DNA of 64,000 nucleotides from Methanobacteriota archaeon (GTDB lineage Archaea; Thermoplasmatota; Poseidoniia; Poseidoniales; Thalassarchaeaceae), in assembly GCA_011523055.1 (NCBI GenBank), contig WTHQ01000016.1:26-64025 (forward strand). The letters are read 5' to 3'. Shown here one piece after another: positions 1-9,953 of the stretch (positions are counted from its first letter, which is position 1; every line of letters starts with the position of its first letter). Under the pieces are notes generated by a model that searched no databases, was not told the DNA's origin, and saw nothing but the letters and a program-made list of their open reading frames with translations. Both the position numbers and the translations under genes were made by a program.

Positions 1-2
1 CG

Positions 3-428
3 CATCTGCTTGTTCAGGGCCTCGCCCCAATCATGGAGCAGATTGAATTTGGAAGGATCGTGAATGTAATTTCAACGTCTGTTAGGGAGCCGATAGAAGG
101 CATAGGGCTCTCAAACACACTTCGAGGGGCTATGGCCTCATGGAGCAAGTCCCTGTCCAGGGAGTTGCACCCCTGCATCACGATCAACAATGTCCTACCT
201 GGTTACACTGACACAGAGCGCCTTGTATCGCTCTCAAAGGCCAGGAGCCTGAGGACGGGGCAGTCAGTGGAACAGATCTACGAAAACTGGAAGGGGCAGG
301 CCCCAATAAACCGGCTAGTGGATCCTTTCGAGACCGCTTCTGCGATAGTCTGGCTGTGTCTGCCAGTGAGTGGTGCCGTCAGGGGAGTCAGCCTTGCGGT
401 GGACGGTGGAAGAATGCGCTCCATTTGA
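3..428 (+). CDS. Short-chain dehydrogenase/reductase (SDR) family protein, C-terminal part; the 5' end lies upstream of the window
   Basis: The reading frame is open to the window edge. The C-terminal SDR-like segments NNVLPGYTDTERL and VSLAVDGG are typical of classical SDR C-termini. The catalytic N-terminal part is not visible. Confidence 0.55.
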   Translation, partial: HLLVQGLAPIMEQIEFGRIVNVISTSVREPIEGIGLSNTLRGAMASWSKSLSRELHPCITINNVLPGYTDTERLVSLSKARSLRTGQSVEQIYENWKGQAPINRLVDPFETASAIVWLCLPVSGAVRGVSLAVDGGRMRSI

Positions 429-439
429 GGCTGGATAAG

Positions 440-1681
440 ATGGAATTCGACATATTCTTCTCTATATCCCAAACACCTGATTCAACTGGCTACAAGCCAT
501 CTGAAAGGGAGATGTTCTCCAATTTCCTTGAACAGGCAATAAAGGCGGATGAATTGGGATTTGGTGTCGGGTGGATTGCGCAGGCGCATCTGTCTACGGA
601 GGTCCAGAAGAATAACTCGAGGCCTGTAGTTCCACACTACCCGGGCGAGATCGGGCTATGTACGGACTTCTTCCAGATTGCATCAGAGGTACTCTCCAGG
701 ACGTCCAAAATGGAGGTTGGTAGCGCGGTGATGTCCATACTCGCCTCTGGTGGGCCCATTGCCCAAGCGGAGAGGGTGGGGTCACTACTCGCCCTCCATG
801 GGCTTGATCAGGAAGAGCGGCGCAGGGTCCACATCGGGTTTTCAGCGGGCCGATTTGAGTTCATGGCCAGGCCATACGGAATCTCGCCTAGGAATGAATT
901 GGAGGAAGTCGCATGGCCGGCCCTTAGGGGACAAATCTTTGCCGAAGCCAGCGAAATATTCCTACGGTTGTTGTCAGGGGAGACGATCGACTCGACGATG
1001 ATCAGGGAAACCGTGCTTACCCGCTCCAGCTTCCGCAGCGATGAAGATTGGGAAAGGGTTGGGGAGGCAGCAATGAAAATGATGGGCACAGGAGAGATTC
1101 CGGACTCGATCCAGATACCCAGGCGATATGAGTTTGAGTCCATAGCGACGATCCCCAAGGATTGGCGGAGGGACCTGCTGAACCTAGTACTGGGCAGCCA
1201 CGATCCTGCCTTGCAGATAGAAGTCAATAAGTGGAGGCCTGTTCAGGTTTTCAACCTCAGCATCACCCCCGCCGATGTCATCGAAGAGACTCACAAAAGA
1301 ATGAGGTCCAATTACCATAAGGACGGGGGCGCATGGAGTAGGTCAATGATGCCGAGGACTGTGATGGTTTTTCTCAACGATGAGGCGGGCCTCTCAGACG
1401 AGCAAAAATCAACTAGGGCTAAGGAGGAGTCGGAAGCCTCGATATCCACATACTGGTCAGCGTTGGAGGGGACCATTGATCCCGGTAAGGTCGAGAAGGC
1501 GGTGAACAACGCTGTGATCGGAAATCCGCAGGAAGTAGCGACTCAGTTGAAACTCAGGTACCACCCAGAGGATAGGATCATGTGTTGGTTTGATTTCTTC
1601 AACCATGATAGTGAAAGGGTCATGCGCGACATGGAGGCGTTTATGTCGAAGGTGGTCCCGATTGTCAATGGGGGAAAGTGA
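440..1681 (+). CDS. Luciferase-like (LLM-class) flavin/F420-dependent monooxygenase or oxidoreductase
   Basis: An ATG at 440 (MEFDIFFSIS...) lies 12 nt after the SDR stop; the ORF-track start at 356 overlaps the SDR gene and is unlikely. The N-terminus (FxxFxxxxxP...ELGFxxxW..QAH) and overall length (413 aa) resemble bacterial luciferase-family TIM-barrel enzymes. Confidence 0.6.
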   Translation: MEFDIFFSISQTPDSTGYKPSEREMFSNFLEQAIKADELGFGVGWIAQAHLSTEVQKNNSRPVVPHYPGEIGLCTDFFQIASEVLSRTSKMEVGSAVMSILASGGPIAQAERVGSLLALHGLDQEERRRVHIGFSAGRFEFMARPYGISPRNELEEVAWPALRGQIFAEASEIFLRLLSGETIDSTMIRETVLTRSSFRSDEDWERVGEAAMKMMGTGEIPDSIQIPRRYEFESIATIPKDWRRDLLNLVLGSHDPALQIEVNKWRPVQVFNLSITPADVIEETHKRMRSNYHKDGGAWSRSMMPRTVMVFLNDEAGLSDEQKSTRAKEESEASISTYWSALEGTIDPGKVEKAVNNAVIGNPQEVATQLKLRYHPEDRIMCWFDFFNHDSERVMRDMEAFMSKVVPIVNGGK

Positions 1682-2863
1682 TTGGAAATGGATCCAAAAC
1701 AACGGCCCTCATCGGTTTCATCGGGTAGACCCGGATCCAGGGTCTATCCAAAGACGCCCATTGGAGAGAAGTTCGACAACATCGCAACCGGAAGGGACGT
1801 GGAATGGGAGCCACTGGTGGATTTCCGCAGAATGGACGTCTCAGAGAACACCATACACGGCGCGATCGCTTGGGCCCATGGGGGAGATATAATCCACTCA
1901 TTCGGGGGGAACGTGTTGATCTACGGCAGATCGATGATGAAGCCCTTCATGATGAAGGTCTTCGCAGAGGCCTTGGAAAATGAGTTGAGTTGGGAGCAGA
2001 AGTCCATTTCATGCTCGTCTCACAACGGAGACACGGAGCATGTAGCAGCCGCACAGTCGATCCTGAATGAGTCCGAGTGGGGTTTGATGCAATGTCCCCT
2101 GGACGTCCCACTAGTACAATTCGGACGTCAGGTCAGGCGCCCTCGCCGCTGGTTTCACACCTGCTCTGGCGAACACGCCGCGGTCCTCAGGGGGATGCGC
2201 CTGTTGGGAATCCGGCGTGCTGGCTACACCCTACCCAACTCGGACTGGTTCCCCTTGTACATCGACGTCCTGAGGGAATACATGGAGAACCCAGACTGGA
2301 GCCCAGACAGGGTTGCAAAAGACGGTTGTGGAATGCCAACGACATCCAACACAGTCAATGAGCTGGCCATAATGTTCGCAAATCTCGCCTCGAGGAAGGA
2401 CGAGGATTGGATCTGGGAAGCGATGAACAGAAACCCAGATCTAGTTGGGGGCTTCAACCGACTCGACTCCACCTGCCTCAAAGCAGGTGAAGGGAGGATC
2501 CTTGCAAAGGAAGGGGCGGATGGACTACTTGGAATCTCAGTAGTGCATGAGGACTGGCCAAAGGGGCTAGGAATTGTCATCAAAATCGCCCATGGATGGA
2601 ATAGTCAAGCGACCTGGTACATCTCTAGGGCGGTACTCGGCGTGCTGGGAATCCATCTCAGAAATCCATATCCCCTGCACAGGCAGAAGGCATTCATAGT
2701 TCCCGGAATCGTCCCTGACATGTATTCGGAGGCTCTAGAGTCAATCGTCACCTGGGATGAATGGGACCCAGACAGGGACAGATTCTCATTAGATTGGAAG
2801 AAGTATGCCGAAGCATCAACTCGTTCAGACCCCTTCGGCAACGAGGGAGATGGTGGGCCCTGA
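1682..2863 (+). CDS. Asparaginase_II family protein (Rhizobium-type L-asparaginase-like amidohydrolase)
   Basis: Motifs YGRSMMKPF, SSHNGDTEHV, CSGEHAAVL, GCGMPT and KEGADGL match the L-asparaginase II (non-AnsA/AnsB) family as I recall it. A TTG at 1682 directly abuts the upstream stop; the first ATG is at 1688. Confidence 0.65.
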   Translation: MEMDPKQRPSSVSSGRPGSRVYPKTPIGEKFDNIATGRDVEWEPLVDFRRMDVSENTIHGAIAWAHGGDIIHSFGGNVLIYGRSMMKPFMMKVFAEALENELSWEQKSISCSSHNGDTEHVAAAQSILNESEWGLMQCPLDVPLVQFGRQVRRPRRWFHTCSGEHAAVLRGMRLLGIRRAGYTLPNSDWFPLYIDVLREYMENPDWSPDRVAKDGCGMPTTSNTVNELAIMFANLASRKDEDWIWEAMNRNPDLVGGFNRLDSTCLKAGEGRILAKEGADGLLGISVVHEDWPKGLGIVIKIAHGWNSQATWYISRAVLGVLGIHLRNPYPLHRQKAFIVPGIVPDMYSEALESIVTWDEWDPDRDRFSLDWKKYAEASTRSDPFGNEGDGGP

Positions 2864-4314
2864 TGGAACTCAAGAATTACATTGCAGGGGAATTCAAAGA
2901 GAGCCTCTCCGGTGAATGGCTCGATGTTGAGGAGCCAGCGACTGGAAGAAAGTACGCCAAGGTCCCTCTTTCCAATGCTGAGGATGTTGAGATGGCCGTT
3001 GAGTCTGCGAGAAGTGCTAGAGGGCAATGGGGCGATCTGAGCTTCGAAGAGAGGTCCGACTGGTTGACTAGGATCGCTGATGGGCTTGAGCTTCGTAGAG
3101 AGGAAATAGCATCCCTCGAGAGCAGGGACACCGGCAAGCCGATCACCCTCGCCAGGAACGTTGACGCAGAAAGGTCCATTTCTAACTTCAGATTTTTCGC
3201 TGAGATGCTGAAAAATCATCGGGGCGAGGAATTTGAGATGTCTGACGCAATGAACTACGTATCCTCCAAGCCTGTTGGAGTAGGCGCTCTTATCACTCCT
3301 TGGAACCTTCCTCTCTACCTCCTGTCCTGGAAGGTCGCACCTGCCATCGGGATGGGGAACACCGTCATCTGCAAACCTAGCGAGCTGACGCCGATGACTG
3401 CAAACCTACTGATGGAGGTGATTGACGAGATAGGCCTCCCAGCCGGCGTGGTGAACTTGGTTCATGGGGACGGTGGCGGTGCTGGAAGCAGACTGGTGGG
3501 GCATCCCGGCGTAGATTTGGTTTCATTCACTGGCGGCACGGCAACAGGCGCAGAGGTCGCTAGGACTGCGGCCCCTCAATTCAAAAAAATAAGCTTAGAA
3601 CTCGGTGGGAAGAACGCCAGCATCGTTTTTGGCGATTGCGATCTCGATGCGACGGTCAAGGGAGTGACTAGGTCTGCGTTCCTGAATCAAGGTCAGGTTT
3701 GCCTCTGCGGGTCCAGAGTACTGGTTGAGCGATCCATTTACGAGGACTTCAAGCACGAATTCGTTCAATCCGTGGAGGACCTTAGGATCGGGGATCCTGC
3801 CTCGGAGGACACCGAACTTGGCGCAATCATCTCCCGCGGGCACTTGGAGAAGGTGGAGGGGTATGTGGCCCTTTCAATAAAAGAAGGAGGCGTCTGCCTT
3901 ACGGGGGGACCCGGATCCTCAGTCTCGATGGAGGATCGTCTGAAGGGGGGCAATTGGATGAGGCCGGTCGTTGTCGAAGGGCTGCCTGTGGATTCAAGGT
4001 GCTCGACAGAGGAGATTTTCGGGCCGATGGTCACGATCCACCCATTTGACGGAGAGGAAATGGCGATTGAGATAGCCAATAACACCCGATATGGACTCGC
4101 CGGCAGTGTTTGGACCACTGATCTAGAGAAAGGCAGGAGAGTGGCGGAGAATATGCGAACTGGTATGGTGTGGGTGAATACATGGCTGCACCGAGACCTA
4201 AGAACACCGTTTGGGGGCGTGAAGGACAGTGGGGTTGGAAGAGAGGGTGGAAAGTGGAGTCTTGGATTCTTCTCCGAGCCACTCAATGTATGCATCAAAG
4301 ATAATTCAGATTAA
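2863..4314 (+). CDS. NAD(P)-dependent aldehyde dehydrogenase
   Basis: The start MELKNYIAGEF overlaps the upstream stop in TGATG (2861-2865). Motifs include the ALDH glutamate motif ELGGKNA, the catalytic Cys motif FLNQGQVCLCGSR, and EEIFGPM. Confidence 0.88.
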   Translation: MELKNYIAGEFKESLSGEWLDVEEPATGRKYAKVPLSNAEDVEMAVESARSARGQWGDLSFEERSDWLTRIADGLELRREEIASLESRDTGKPITLARNVDAERSISNFRFFAEMLKNHRGEEFEMSDAMNYVSSKPVGVGALITPWNLPLYLLSWKVAPAIGMGNTVICKPSELTPMTANLLMEVIDEIGLPAGVVNLVHGDGGGAGSRLVGHPGVDLVSFTGGTATGAEVARTAAPQFKKISLELGGKNASIVFGDCDLDATVKGVTRSAFLNQGQVCLCGSRVLVERSIYEDFKHEFVQSVEDLRIGDPASEDTELGAIISRGHLEKVEGYVALSIKEGGVCLTGGPGSSVSMEDRLKGGNWMRPVVVEGLPVDSRCSTEEIFGPMVTIHPFDGEEMAIEIANNTRYGLAGSVWTTDLEKGRRVAENMRTGMVWVNTWLHRDLRTPFGGVKDSGVGREGGKWSLGFFSEPLNVCIKDNSD

Positions 4315-4356
4315 TGACGCCTCAATGTCTATACGTCGATCCATTCAATTAGCAGC

Positions 4357-7300
4357 ATGACAGATTCGAATCCAGGAAGTTCAACGATTTCCTCTGGTGG
4401 CTTTGATGAGGCCAAGGCTGGTTTCTATGCGTCAATAGGTCTTGGCGCAGCTGTACTCGCCTACGCCATATACTTCGTCACGTTCGAGCTTACTGCTGAG
4501 AGTGATGTATCTTATCTCCTATTAGGAGGGATGCTAGGGGCCGTTGCCGTTTCTTGCATTGGATTCCACGAGTGGAAAATGAGGCAGAATGGAGTTGATC
4601 GGGAACAGAGTATGGTTGAGGATTACGTGGGCGGAACTGCCGTCCTATGTGGGTCCCTTGCATCAATTTGGCTCGCGAGGTATGCCGCATATGCATTCAA
4701 GCAGTACACGTCATATGAGGGTCAGATAATCGACGGCCAGTGGGCCCCCACTGTGGAGTTAGCACTAGTGCAAACAATAGGGCTGCTATTGGTAATGGAA
4801 CTGTCGACCACTCTGATTCAGAGGCACAATCTGGGGACACTTCCCAGAGTTGTTGTGATATTGGCTCCAATCTCGCTGTCCTTGTCAGCGATTTCGATAT
4901 GGGTTGACTACGCAGGGGGCATTTTCGATCAGTGGAACACTGTCTCACATGTGATCCTCCTGGGAGGAGCGATGGTTCACTCCCTGAGGTTGGATCGCTC
5001 GTTGCTGTACCTCATTTCAGCTGGGACAAGCATGGCGGTGCCCGTGCTTGTCGCGCTGAATCTAGGTGTAGAATCAGGAGGCTGGATGGTCTTGATGGTT
5101 GTCTTGGTGGGCATGACCGCCACAGACAGGGGCTTGAAGCGAGAGATGATCGAACAGAGTTCTGGGTTTGTTATTTTCGGGATCCTGGTGATGCAATTCG
5201 TAGCCGCATCTAACTCAGCTCATTTCGAAATTGGATCGTTCAAGGTAACCGATCAGCCATTCGGGCTGGCGTTCTGGCTTTGGGCCGCTCTATTGGTTGG
5301 TTGGTTCGCGCCCACCACCATGCAAAGGACGCCTGCGATGCCCATTGGCCTAGCTCTTGCGTTGGCTCTGTTGGAGGGCGAGGCCGCGGCAATTGCGTGG
5401 TCAGTCGGCATCGCGGCGTTTGTCTACCTTGAGACAAGGGACCATGCCCGGGACTGGGTTGTGAAATCCACGTATTGGGCCATGGTAGCCGCTTGGACGG
5501 TGTCCGCATTCATCGCGGACCAGGAGGGAGGGGTTTTCATTGAGGTTGGAGGTTCGCCTGTTTCCAATGCGTTTGTGCTGGGGCTCATACTTCTCCCGAT
5601 TTTGATTCTCCTAGGAATGTGGAGTGAATCCAGGGGCAGATTTTCTTCCAGTGAAGGCTCTTCATCATCGATACTTGCTGGGGCTCTGATACCACTTGCG
5701 GACCAGTCTGGTTGGAGTCTCGTCATTCTGATCCTGGTCCTTGGATTGGTTCAACTCCGCAGAGCGGATAGAGAATTGATAGGGACCAAGGCATCGGGGT
5801 GGACCCTTGCCTCTGTTATCGCCCTCTTGACCGCAGTCTTTGTTTTGTCCATCCGGGACAGGGCGGAGGTTCCGATCGAGTTCGGAGGTGCAAATCTGCT
5901 GCCCCTCATGATTGGAGTGTTGGTCTACGTGGAGAGCAGGTCTAGGAGATGGGGAGAAAGCACGATACTGGCGTCTCCCACGGTAGTTTGCTCGTTGTCT
6001 TTGGTGGTCGCATCCATGGTTTGCCTGCCGGATGACGTCACATATCGTTATCTGGAGTTGTACCGTCTTGCCATTGCACATATTGTCATCGCCGGCGCGA
6101 TTCTGGTAATCGAATGCGGCGGCAGGGGCGAAGTCAGTCCCGGCACCAGACTAGCAGGTGCAGTGACCATGACCATTTTCGCTGTTTTATCATGGAGCAT
6201 CTTCAACATCAATGGTGGACTGGGGGTCATCGGACTCCCAGAGAGGGTTGCCAGGGACATCGCAGTAGTGGCGCCACTCGTTGTAGTCGATCGAATGCTT
6301 AAGGAAATCGAGGATCTATCGGAGCAGGCTCGGAGAATGGGGGCCTGGACCCTTATTGCACTGCTGGTGATGGGGGGTACTGACGTCTCAGGGGGGCTAC
6401 TGGCAATACCAGTGTTCGCAATCGTTGCATACAGAGCCACAACGCACGTAAACACCGCAATACTGGTTCTCCTGCCATTCGTTGGGATCGTCTACGCGAA
6501 CCTCTTGGAGACTTCAGAACTGCCCTCCCAGAATTTCGTCTTGTTGCTTGAGGGGATCCCCTATCTCAACGATCAGACTGAGTTTGGGCCTAGGTGGACA
6601 TCCATGTTCATGGTTGCACAAATGGCCTTTTCATTCTACGCCATTCGATCGGAAGACCGCCCAATGGGCGAGACAAGGTGGGATCAAGAGCAGCTCCTGA
6701 CGATCGGCATCGCAGGTATTCTTGCCTTCGCCTACATTATTCCCGATTTCAGAGTTGCATGGATTTTCATCGCAATTGCCATTACGGGATATTGCTGGAG
6801 GAGTGGAATTGTACAATGGTTCAACGTCGCACCAATCGCGTTTGTTTGGGGATTCGGCAACCTTTTCGATTGGATGGACGCGAGGGGGTACCTCATATCC
6901 CTCGCCTGGGATGAAATCTTTGCTTGGAGTTGTGTTATCGGAGCGGTAATATCCGGAGCACAGATAATCCTGCTCAGGACAGGCTCCCTAACCAGGTTCT
7001 ACTTGCCAGAGGATGAACAGCCCGGTGATGAAATCGGTTTGTTCTCCACCGACCTTGGCGATGTAGTGGACCCACTCACCGTCATCTCCCTCGCCAGTAG
7101 GGCTTGGATGTACGCACTGTTGTTCCTATCTGCGGATATCGGCTTTGTGACATGGGTCATCTCATCTCTGCTGATGACCCTGGACGGAGTAGCCTCAGGT
7201 AGAAGGGCACTCCTATACCTCGGATTGCTGTTCCAAACCGTTGCTTGGCCTATCATGGTGTCTGAAGACCTTCTCTGGTCGGAAGCCCAGACAAGCACTT

Positions 7301-8148
7301 CCTTGTTGCCCCCAATCTCTCAGTGTCTGCTGCTCATCTATCTGGCGTGGAGGGGGCCCAGCTTAGTTGGGAAGATCTCGTTTTCAGACCACGGAGAGGA
7401 GATCAGTAAATTCTCGAGTGGCATGGCATTTGTCGTAGGCTACTGGTATTCCTTTGCTGGTTCAGCACTCCTCTTCCCCCTATTGGTGCTCGCTGTCTCT
7501 GCTCACCATTCGCTCGTTGGCTTCTCCATGGACAAGGCTTGGAGGCGTGGCTTCGGCCTGGTTGGCATACCCGCTGGTTTCCTAGTAGCAGTGCCGCCAG
7601 ATGCCGGGCTATTGTTCCCAGTCATGCTTTTCGCAGCAGCCCTATCGTTGATCGGTCAGGCTGTCCTCTACGCATCGAGAGGGGGGATGGGCATCGGGAC
7701 CGCCAAAGAGGGGAGCGAGTCGGTTGTCGAACCGATAGGGATAGGAAGAAACATTGGCAGCGACTCCGATTCTAGCTCAATCGAAACTGACGATGAGATC
7801 GGTGGACGCGAACCTGATGGGCAGTCAGGAGAAGAGGTCGACATGGAGCGAAATGAATCCCAGGAGGGGGGGAGCCCGATCGATGCTGGTAATCAGGATG
7901 GAATGGATGGTTCCGAACCCCCGTCACCTGAAGAGCCCGAGAACCCACCGGGGTCGCCAAATCCAGTAATAATCGAGGAGGGGAGATACTCTCTTGATGG
8001 GTCCTCCCTGTCAGTGATGTTGCACCCCCAGGTCATTCGAACGATCAGGAGCTCCATACCCCCCAACACCGACGGTGGCAAATGGAGGCCCGTTTTGGCT
8101 GTAGACCCAAATGGAGCGATGAATGTGCATTGGGAGCCCGTAGATTAG
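4357..8148 (+). CDS. Giant polytopic membrane protein (about 36 hydrophobic segments) with an acidic Pro/Ser-rich tail and a small C-terminal globular domain; function unknown
   Basis: An uninterrupted 1263-codon ORF. Hydrophobic 18-25 residue segments run through aa 24 to about 1110. The tail is DSDSSSIETDDEIGGREPDGQSGEE...PPSPEEPENPPGSP, followed by about 65 aa of non-repetitive sequence. I recognise no family motif. Confidence 0.7.
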   Translation: MTDSNPGSSTISSGGFDEAKAGFYASIGLGAAVLAYAIYFVTFELTAESDVSYLLLGGMLGAVAVSCIGFHEWKMRQNGVDREQSMVEDYVGGTAVLCGSLASIWLARYAAYAFKQYTSYEGQIIDGQWAPTVELALVQTIGLLLVMELSTTLIQRHNLGTLPRVVVILAPISLSLSAISIWVDYAGGIFDQWNTVSHVILLGGAMVHSLRLDRSLLYLISAGTSMAVPVLVALNLGVESGGWMVLMVVLVGMTATDRGLKREMIEQSSGFVIFGILVMQFVAASNSAHFEIGSFKVTDQPFGLAFWLWAALLVGWFAPTTMQRTPAMPIGLALALALLEGEAAAIAWSVGIAAFVYLETRDHARDWVVKSTYWAMVAAWTVSAFIADQEGGVFIEVGGSPVSNAFVLGLILLPILILLGMWSESRGRFSSSEGSSSSILAGALIPLADQSGWSLVILILVLGLVQLRRADRELIGTKASGWTLASVIALLTAVFVLSIRDRAEVPIEFGGANLLPLMIGVLVYVESRSRRWGESTILASPTVVCSLSLVVASMVCLPDDVTYRYLELYRLAIAHIVIAGAILVIECGGRGEVSPGTRLAGAVTMTIFAVLSWSIFNINGGLGVIGLPERVARDIAVVAPLVVVDRMLKEIEDLSEQARRMGAWTLIALLVMGGTDVSGGLLAIPVFAIVAYRATTHVNTAILVLLPFVGIVYANLLETSELPSQNFVLLLEGIPYLNDQTEFGPRWTSMFMVAQMAFSFYAIRSEDRPMGETRWDQEQLLTIGIAGILAFAYIIPDFRVAWIFIAIAITGYCWRSGIVQWFNVAPIAFVWGFGNLFDWMDARGYLISLAWDEIFAWSCVIGAVISGAQIILLRTGSLTRFYLPEDEQPGDEIGLFSTDLGDVVDPLTVISLASRAWMYALLFLSADIGFVTWVISSLLMTLDGVASGRRALLYLGLLFQTVAWPIMVSEDLLWSEAQTSTSLLPPISQCLLLIYLAWRGPSLVGKISFSDHGEEISKFSSGMAFVVGYWYSFAGSALLFPLLVLAVSAHHSLVGFSMDKAWRRGFGLVGIPAGFLVAVPPDAGLLFPVMLFAAALSLIGQAVLYASRGGMGIGTAKEGSESVVEPIGIGRNIGSDSDSSSIETDDEIGGREPDGQSGEEVDMERNESQEGGSPIDAGNQDGMDGSEPPSPEEPENPPGSPNPVIIEEGRYSLDGSSLSVMLHPQVIRTIRSSIPPNTDGGKWRPVLAVDPNGAMNVHWEPVD

Positions 8149-9953
8149 TCAGGAAAAACCTGTGACACGTGGCTTGGAATGGACAGGCCAGTTGCCTCGA
8201 ACATCTCATGGATGGTGGACAACGGCGCTCGCCTGGATGTTGCCCTTGCCCTGGCGGACACCAAGGCCCAAGCGTTCTTCTTCCCGATCCCTGGTATGGA
8301 GGTCAACTGGGATTCTGTGACTTTCCGGGGATCCAATCCCACTTCAACGGCGGAGACGCTGCGTGATCCATGCCCTGTTACCATCACGTCTGATTTTGTC
8401 TCCAATGGGATCTGATACTGCACGCCGACCAAGATGGGATATGCCCCTATCTGGCGGCCAAATGTAATTCCCGGCGACCCATGATTGGATTTTTCCTTAA
8501 ATTTAGGATCGAGTAGGTGCTCAGGCTTCCTTATTCGGTTCCCGAAGGACTCCCACCACACGTCCTTGAGCACAGTTCCAACGGGCAGCAGATTCTCCAA
8601 CATCGGTGTGTCAATATCTGATCTGACTTCGTCCTTGAATCTTGAAAATGCATCCCTTGGGACCTCTTGAAAACCGTAGCCTTCTACTTGCCTGATATTT
8701 ATCCTTCTGAGCAGTAGGCCAGAGCTCTTGATCTTGCGGAGCAGCTCCATGTTCAATCTGTATGTTTCCTCTGTCTCCCCATTCAAACCTGCGATGAAAT
8801 TCAAACCAGGTAACAACTTAGGCAGCCCCCTGTCTCCCCTCTCCCTACCAAATTCGTTGACATGCTTCACGGCCCTGATGAGTTGATCTGTGTCGCAATT
8901 AAGCCAATTTTCTTCGTGAACCCTTGAATCAGCCGACTCCAGGCCAAAGGATAGAACTGCTCCGTCAGAAAGAGTTTCCAACATCGTTTTTGTGATTTGA
9001 CTGGCCTGATCGAGATTCTCAGAAATTATTGACGGATTGGCGTTATCAACATGAAGAACCTCTATTCTCTCGTCCTCCCTTATGCCATGTAGGACCTCGG
9101 CTATGGGTTGGGGGTCGGGGATGGGATACTCTAGATCCACCACTCCCTCCGCTTTGTAGGTGTATACGTCAGTGGCGCCGCCTATTCTCACGTTTCTGAC
9201 CCCAGAGTCTGCAGCGATCCGGACCTCTTCGATTACATCCCTCTCTTCTCTCCATATTGGGACTCCCTTTTTCGGTTCTATGCAGAATTTGCATCCCCTC
9301 TTGTACCGAACGCAACCTTGGTACAACTCCACCTCGTAAACAAGGGGGCCTGCATTGCCCTCTGCATCGATAAGATCCGGATGTTCAGTGACTGCCTTCG
9401 AGGCAGCCCCCTTCAAAGCCCACTTCTTCCATTGCTCGGGGGACCTCCGCTTGTGTTTCCACACGCCGGTTCTCAGGAAGTGGTCCAATGTAGCATCCGT
9501 ATCCTGCACGGCCATGAACATATTTTTTCTGAGTGGAGTCCAACCTAACTGCCGCCATGCCCTGATGGCCCACCCCCCGAACAAAAGCGGGGTGCCATCA
9601 GGCATCTCCAGCAGTATCTGATTCGCCTCTCGCTGGCTTATGGGGGTGCCTCTCATGTACTTCCCTGGCACCACAGCACCGGCTAGGATGACAGCCCCAT
9701 CGACATGCCCCAACCTTTGCGACACTGATTGGGAATCATTCATCCTACGCCTATCCAGCCGCCACTCATCGATCGTCATGTATGAGTACTCCAGACCCAA
9801 TGATTCTAGGACTGCGCAAATGTACCTAATGTGGAATCCCACGTAGTTGGGGACCCCGAAGGCCGCTGGCTCATCCTCATAGCCATCTATGACCACCCAA
9901 CGTCTCCCCATGGGTTTGCCGGGAGGCGTTCGCGCTTGATGTTTCACAGTCAA
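8145..9953 (-). CDS. Radical SAM enzyme with an N-terminal B12-binding-like/Rossmann region and a C-terminal helix-hairpin-helix (COG1031-like, function unknown)
   Basis: The cysteine cluster is GCVRYKRGCKFCIEP. The N-terminus VVIDGYEDEPAAFGVPNYVG and the C-terminal HhH LTSIPGIGKKNAWALVSARA are present. A TTG start at 9953 overlaps the Csl4 stop (TTGA); an alternative ATG lies at 9911. Confidence 0.72.
   Translation of the reverse strand: MTVKHQARTPPGKPMGRRWVVIDGYEDEPAAFGVPNYVGFHIRYICAVLESLGLEYSYMTIDEWRLDRRRMNDSQSVSQRLGHVDGAVILAGAVVPGKYMRGTPISQREANQILLEMPDGTPLLFGGWAIRAWRQLGWTPLRKNMFMAVQDTDATLDHFLRTGVWKHKRRSPEQWKKWALKGAASKAVTEHPDLIDAEGNAGPLVYEVELYQGCVRYKRGCKFCIEPKKGVPIWREERDVIEEVRIAADSGVRNVRIGGATDVYTYKAEGVVDLEYPIPDPQPIAEVLHGIREDERIEVLHVDNANPSIISENLDQASQITKTMLETLSDGAVLSFGLESADSRVHEENWLNCDTDQLIRAVKHVNEFGRERGDRGLPKLLPGLNFIAGLNGETEETYRLNMELLRKIKSSGLLLRRINIRQVEGYGFQEVPRDAFSRFKDEVRSDIDTPMLENLLPVGTVLKDVWWESFGNRIRKPEHLLDPKFKEKSNHGSPGITFGRQIGAYPILVGVQYQIPLETKSDVMVTGHGSRSVSAVEVGLDPRKVTESQLTSIPGIGKKNAWALVSARARATSRRAPLSTIHEMFEATGLSIPSHVSQVFPD

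Noticed and set aside
356-439. The N-terminal 28 codons of the ORF-track model for the luciferase-like gene; similar upstream extensions occur at 2761, 11752, 13067, 22951, 25618, 52898 and 62648.
   Set aside because: These extensions overlap the preceding gene in another frame and lack family-like sequence. Internal ATG or GTG codons placed just after the upstream stop, often with GGAGG-like motifs, give N-termini that match the respective families.
2605-4298. Minus-strand ORFs of 204 aa (2605-3219), 100 aa (2877-3179) and 177 aa (3765-4298).
   Set aside because: They are antisense to the Asparaginase_II and aldehyde dehydrogenase genes. Their composition is low-complexity and Ser/Pro-rich, and they have no independent support.
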